DNA from: Myxococcota bacterium
GTDB lineage: Bacteria; Myxococcota_A; Polyangia; Nannocystales; Nannocystaceae
Assembly: GCA_039028615.1 (NCBI GenBank)
Contig: JBCCHT010000018.1
Coordinates: 32,001-96,000 of the forward strand
DNA: 64,000 bases
Reading direction: 5' to 3'
Below the pieces are notes generated by a model. It searched no databases. It saw only the letters and a list, made by a program, of their open reading frames with translations, and was not told where the DNA came from. Numbering within the stretch: the first letter of the stretch is position 1; each line of letters opens with the position of its first letter. This document shows, piece after piece, positions 61,501 to 64,000 of the stretch. Position numbers and translations under genes: made by a program.

Positions 61501-61776
61501 GTCGGGCCCGACGGGAGCAGCGGCGAGCAGCGGCTGAAGCTGCAGTACTTCAACGTCGGCATGCAGCCCTGGGACCTGTACGTGCTGAGCCACCCGGGCA
61601 CGGGCAAGCTGCGGCTCGGTCAGAGCGAGTCGTGGTGCAAGGGCCTGTTCCTGTGCGGTGACTGGACCACCACCGACATCAACGCGGGCTGCGTCGAAGC
61701 GGCGACGCAGTCGGGCATGCTGGCTTCGCGGGCGATCAGCCAGCACCCCCGCTACGTCTGGTACACGGGCTACTGA
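58579..61776 (+). CDS. Fusion of an acetoacetate-decarboxylase-fold domain and an FAD/NAD(P)-binding oxidoreductase
   Basis: N-terminal LLPRGLEL...HPV...GRRVYGF; VAVLGGGPA, RLGGKCA, RIEEHGLH, LCGDWT, GCVEAA; start uncertain. Confidence 0.75.
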   Translation: MADFSNEERRRFEERAWTLAVSGGAEPLEALTDLAGSDDSTREAVGAREGTSGSLEGYVVIQLLPREQAQRLLPRGLELAPQPICAPDRHPVFLLFAREQLQSRAWGRDYAGVTLGVPFVQHADPHVPHRGPFIYRPQQYVDDLIPCMMGRRVYGFERDRAKIEVDDNAYRIYDRDDGEMVIEAWFEKKGDPVAPTTVPGFDAVRQIFDQPTISQAFRIIDEHALHERGGPFLGCIHRLLFDDSGAQLTHVNAVVQIKGEVSPPAFPRERIVSPSLAAQELGAFHIRVPQEISLPTQSVKLRFPKAPLLYKKRVAVLGGGPAACAAAFYLAKTQRYDVTLYTLGYRLGGKCAAGRNPELGHRIEEHGLHAFLGFYNNAFRTLREVYEAADIPINLGQGPWSAQRLADGEGPYARAFEGTNTVGLMGRWTDAEGEKHWRYYATSSEVNDGVPGEVPFEPRGPRGLARAVKVTVDEARRQARELRRRNRGAADESSDELKVERQSWLERNFGRMAVPFAPSDDPEDDDQIFDVIDTLDRIKNWVEQVVFEEITDDMAAGTRFMNFVADQLAGVRRRAGKDYEERIFQDPDAWFEWSGLDITVTIAIGLIRERVSHLEELDGYDLVEWLQKHGVTEGNERSPMVLFLYDSSFATSKTKPVVADHLAAGVGIRWLLLLLDYQGFQAYEFRYSCPQTLMSPYYHALKNLGVKVNFFHKVEALHVERDGDERRLKSVRIQRQATVKGGPSNYDPHWLPELPNNPRGFEPWGNRPDYRQLEEGEALAQYDLEDAWTPWQGAETIELQVGRDIDLCVCGMSLGALPAVTQDLIEPSSPAYCAAWADMIDGMALCQTVSFQLWMECPQEQVYGPDGVRGIPDRLGLFTQFAEPEGSFGNFTHLIQREDWANADGVSTPPAFLAYHTGAWESGHPLEGHPFTDHEYTARTQAQWKAEAMEWLEANYQDLYNRAPKPFFAFCEQLVGPDGSSGEQRLKLQYFNVGMQPWDLYVLSHPGTGKLRLGQSESWCKGLFLCGDWTTTDINAGCVEAATQSGMLASRAISQHPRYVWYTGY

Positions 61777-61875
61777 GGCGGTTTTGCGTGAGGCACGCGG
61801 CGGCGGGCCGGGGCGATCGAAAAAAAATCGCCGCCTACGGTCACAGTCGATGCGGGCGCGTGTCTCCGCCGTGCA

Positions 61876-62361
61876 ATGGGAAACCGAGCTCAGAACACAC
61901 AGCAGATCAACGCTGCCATCGCCCCCACCTGGGCCGCAATCTCCGACATGGGGGCGGTGGAGCACTGGCACCCGAACGTCGCGCGAGTCGACGTGTTGAC
62001 CGACCACCATCGCGGGCTCGGTGCCTCACGCCGCGTGGAGTTCCACGATGGCAATAGCGTCATCGAGACGGTGGTCGAGCAGTCGGAGCCGAACGCCATC
62101 GCGATGACGTTGCCGGATTTTGGACCGCTGAAGAACCTCGTCGTCACCATCCGCATCGTCGAACGAGCGAACGAACGGCTCGAGGTCACCTTCTCGATCG
62201 ACTACGACCTGCGCTTCGGCCCCCTGGGATGGTTGCTTCACGCGTTGGTGATGAAGCGTGCGTTCCGAAAGATCTTCGGCATCTCGCTCGATGGGCTTCG
62301 CTACCATCTCGAGACCGGCAACCTCGTGGCCGACTCCGTCCCCGCCCTGGCGGCGAGCTGA
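61876..62361 (+). CDS. SRPBCC/polyketide-cyclase-like protein
   Basis: TWAAISD...WHP, GLGASRR, GPLGWLL; C-terminal helix. Confidence 0.8.
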   Translation: MGNRAQNTQQINAAIAPTWAAISDMGAVEHWHPNVARVDVLTDHHRGLGASRRVEFHDGNSVIETVVEQSEPNAIAMTLPDFGPLKNLVVTIRIVERANERLEVTFSIDYDLRFGPLGWLLHALVMKRAFRKIFGISLDGLRYHLETGNLVADSVPALAAS

Positions 62362-62388
62362 TCGACGTGAGCACCAGATCGTGGGCAC

Positions 62389-63297
62389 TCAACCTCGCTC
62401 GTCGCGCTCGTCCGTCTCCCGCAGGGCGGTCTCGAGCGCCGCGACCGTGGCATTGAGCCGACGGCTTCGTGGACCCGAGTGGGGGTAGATGGCGTGCAGC
62501 GGATAGGTGCCCAGCGAATAGCCCGGGAGCACCCGGCACAGGTCGGGTCGACGCTTCAGCACCCGCGTGGAGGTGGGGGCGATGCCCAGGCCCGCGCTGA
62601 GGGCATCGATGAGCGTACGCGAGCCATCCACGCTCACCCGTGAGGTCAGCTCCACGGAGGTCGCGCTGCCGTCGGCCGCCTGCAGGGTCCACTCGGTCGT
62701 GGGCGACTCGGAGATGAGCGGCACGGTGTAGTGGTGCTTCAGGTCCTCCGGGTGCTCGGGGGTCCCCATCTGCTCGAGGTACTCGCGGCTCGCCGCGAGC
62801 ACGACGTGAGCGTCGAAGAGCTTGCGGACGATCAGGTTCGAGTCCGTCAGCCGCCCCGCGGTGATCACCACATCGGCTCCGGCCGCGTTGGGATCGACGA
62901 GGCGATCGATGACCCGGACCTGCAGCTGCAGCCGCTCGTGGCGGCGAACCAGCGCGCGCAGAGCATCGAAGAACTGATGTGCCAGCGCGCTCATCACCGA
63001 GATGCGGACCAGGCCCGCGATCTCGGTTCGATCTTCTTCGAGGAGGTGATCGACGACGTCCACCGAGGCCAAGATTCGTCGCGCCTGCTCGAGCAGCACC
63101 GTGCCCGCTTCGGAGAGACTCTGGCTTCGGGTGGTGCGAGAGATGAGCGTGCGATCGAGCCGAGCTTCGAGGGCGGCCAGACGCCGACCCACCGTGTTCG
63201 CGGGAAGACCAAGCGCTCGGCTGGCGCCGACGATGCTCCCGGAGTCGACCACTTGGACGAAGACTCGGAGCTCTTCGATGTTCTCGATGCCGGCCAT
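62389..63297 (-). CDS. LysR-family regulator (paralog of 33793-34689)
   Basis: EELRVFVQVV..GSIVGA...GLPANTV.RRL.ALE; SQSLSEAG. Confidence 0.92.
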   Translation of the reverse strand: MAGIENIEELRVFVQVVDSGSIVGASRALGLPANTVGRRLAALEARLDRTLISRTTRSQSLSEAGTVLLEQARRILASVDVVDHLLEEDRTEIAGLVRISVMSALAHQFFDALRALVRRHERLQLQVRVIDRLVDPNAAGADVVITAGRLTDSNLIVRKLFDAHVVLAASREYLEQMGTPEHPEDLKHHYTVPLISESPTTEWTLQAADGSATSVELTSRVSVDGSRTLIDALSAGLGIAPTSTRVLKRRPDLCRVLPGYSLGTYPLHAIYPHSGPRSRRLNATVAALETALRETDERDERG

Positions 63298-63500
63298 CTC
63301 GCGGTGTCTGCCCGTCGAAACTCACACAGAACTTGGTGGATTGCCACGGTTCGAGGCCACGCTAGGCTGAAACGGCGTGTGTTTCGCTCGTTCTAGGCTT
63401 CGATTCCATCAAATAGTGGTGGAAAGACCCTCCGATCTTGTCCAGGACTCCATCCGGTCTCGGGGCTATCCCAAAGGTGAGCCAACGAGGAGCCCATCCC

Positions 63501-63977
63501 ATGAAACTCACCGTCACCGAGACTGTTGCACGACCCGCCAGCGAAGTCTGGCACGCCCTGGCGCACGAGTTCGACCAGATCAGCCAGTGGTACACGCCCG
63601 TCGTCAAGTCCTACTCGCTTCCCGACGCCGCGCCCGTCATGGGGGCCGCGCAAAACGGCCGCATCTGCGAGTTCGACGAGCAGGGATCGAAGCGCGCCAT
63701 CGAGACCATCACCCGCTGGGACGAGGACGCCCGCGAGCTGGATGTGAACGTGGAGTTCGAAGGCGCCTCGGCGGCGCTGCCCGTCGCCCGCAACGTGGTG
63801 CGCTTCTCCGTCGAGGAAGTCGACGAGGGGCACTCGGTCGTCCGCTTGGACTCCGACCTCGAGCTTCGCTTCCACGGTTATCTGCTCTTTCCCCTGGTCA
63901 AGCGCGGCCTGTCGAGCAGCTTCAGCTCGCTGCTGCAGGACCTCAAGGGGCACGTCGAAGCCAAGGCCGCAGCATGA
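63501..63977 (+). CDS. SRPBCC-family protein
   Basis: GAGGAG RBS; PASEVWHAL..EF..ISQW, GRICEF, ETITRWD. Confidence 0.82.
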   Translation: MKLTVTETVARPASEVWHALAHEFDQISQWYTPVVKSYSLPDAAPVMGAAQNGRICEFDEQGSKRAIETITRWDEDARELDVNVEFEGASAALPVARNVVRFSVEEVDEGHSVVRLDSDLELRFHGYLLFPLVKRGLSSSFSSLLQDLKGHVEAKAAA

Positions 63978-64000
63978 CCACCCTGGATGCCGTGGTGGCG
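63974..64000 (+). CDS. Start of next coupled gene (truncated by window end)
   Basis: ATGA overlap with the previous stop; MTTLDAVVA. Confidence 0.4.

Overview
This is a high-GC chromosomal window that looks myxobacterial (inferred from mglBA next to dnaX-ybaB-recR, a MYXO-CTERM protein, many lipoproteins and large Ser/Thr kinases). It has about 52 plausible CDS; no rRNA, tRNA or CRISPR array was seen. Recognisable modules are a Fur-box-controlled iron locus (imelysin, a sterol-desaturase/TonB-receptor fusion and a divergent lipoprotein), a membrane P-loop NTPase/MscS/NYN cluster, a ParE-type toxin-antitoxin pair, a degenerate IS91-like transposase, dnaX-ybaB-recR-mglBA and a stressosome operon. 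The most unusual locus is at about 30.15-32.18 kb. There a compositionally foreign Macro+TIR/SEFIR gene sits between two ~220-bp structured inverted repeats with degenerate ~48-bp tandem units outside them. Both convergent flanking genes show a mirror-image loss of C at synonymous sites that increases toward the element. Other candidates missed by the ORF track are an ECF-promoter-driven C/U-loop sRNA (39.5 kb), a toxin apparently starting at ATC, and an N-terminally intact esterase at the window edge. All functional calls come from motif recognition by eye; no searches were run.
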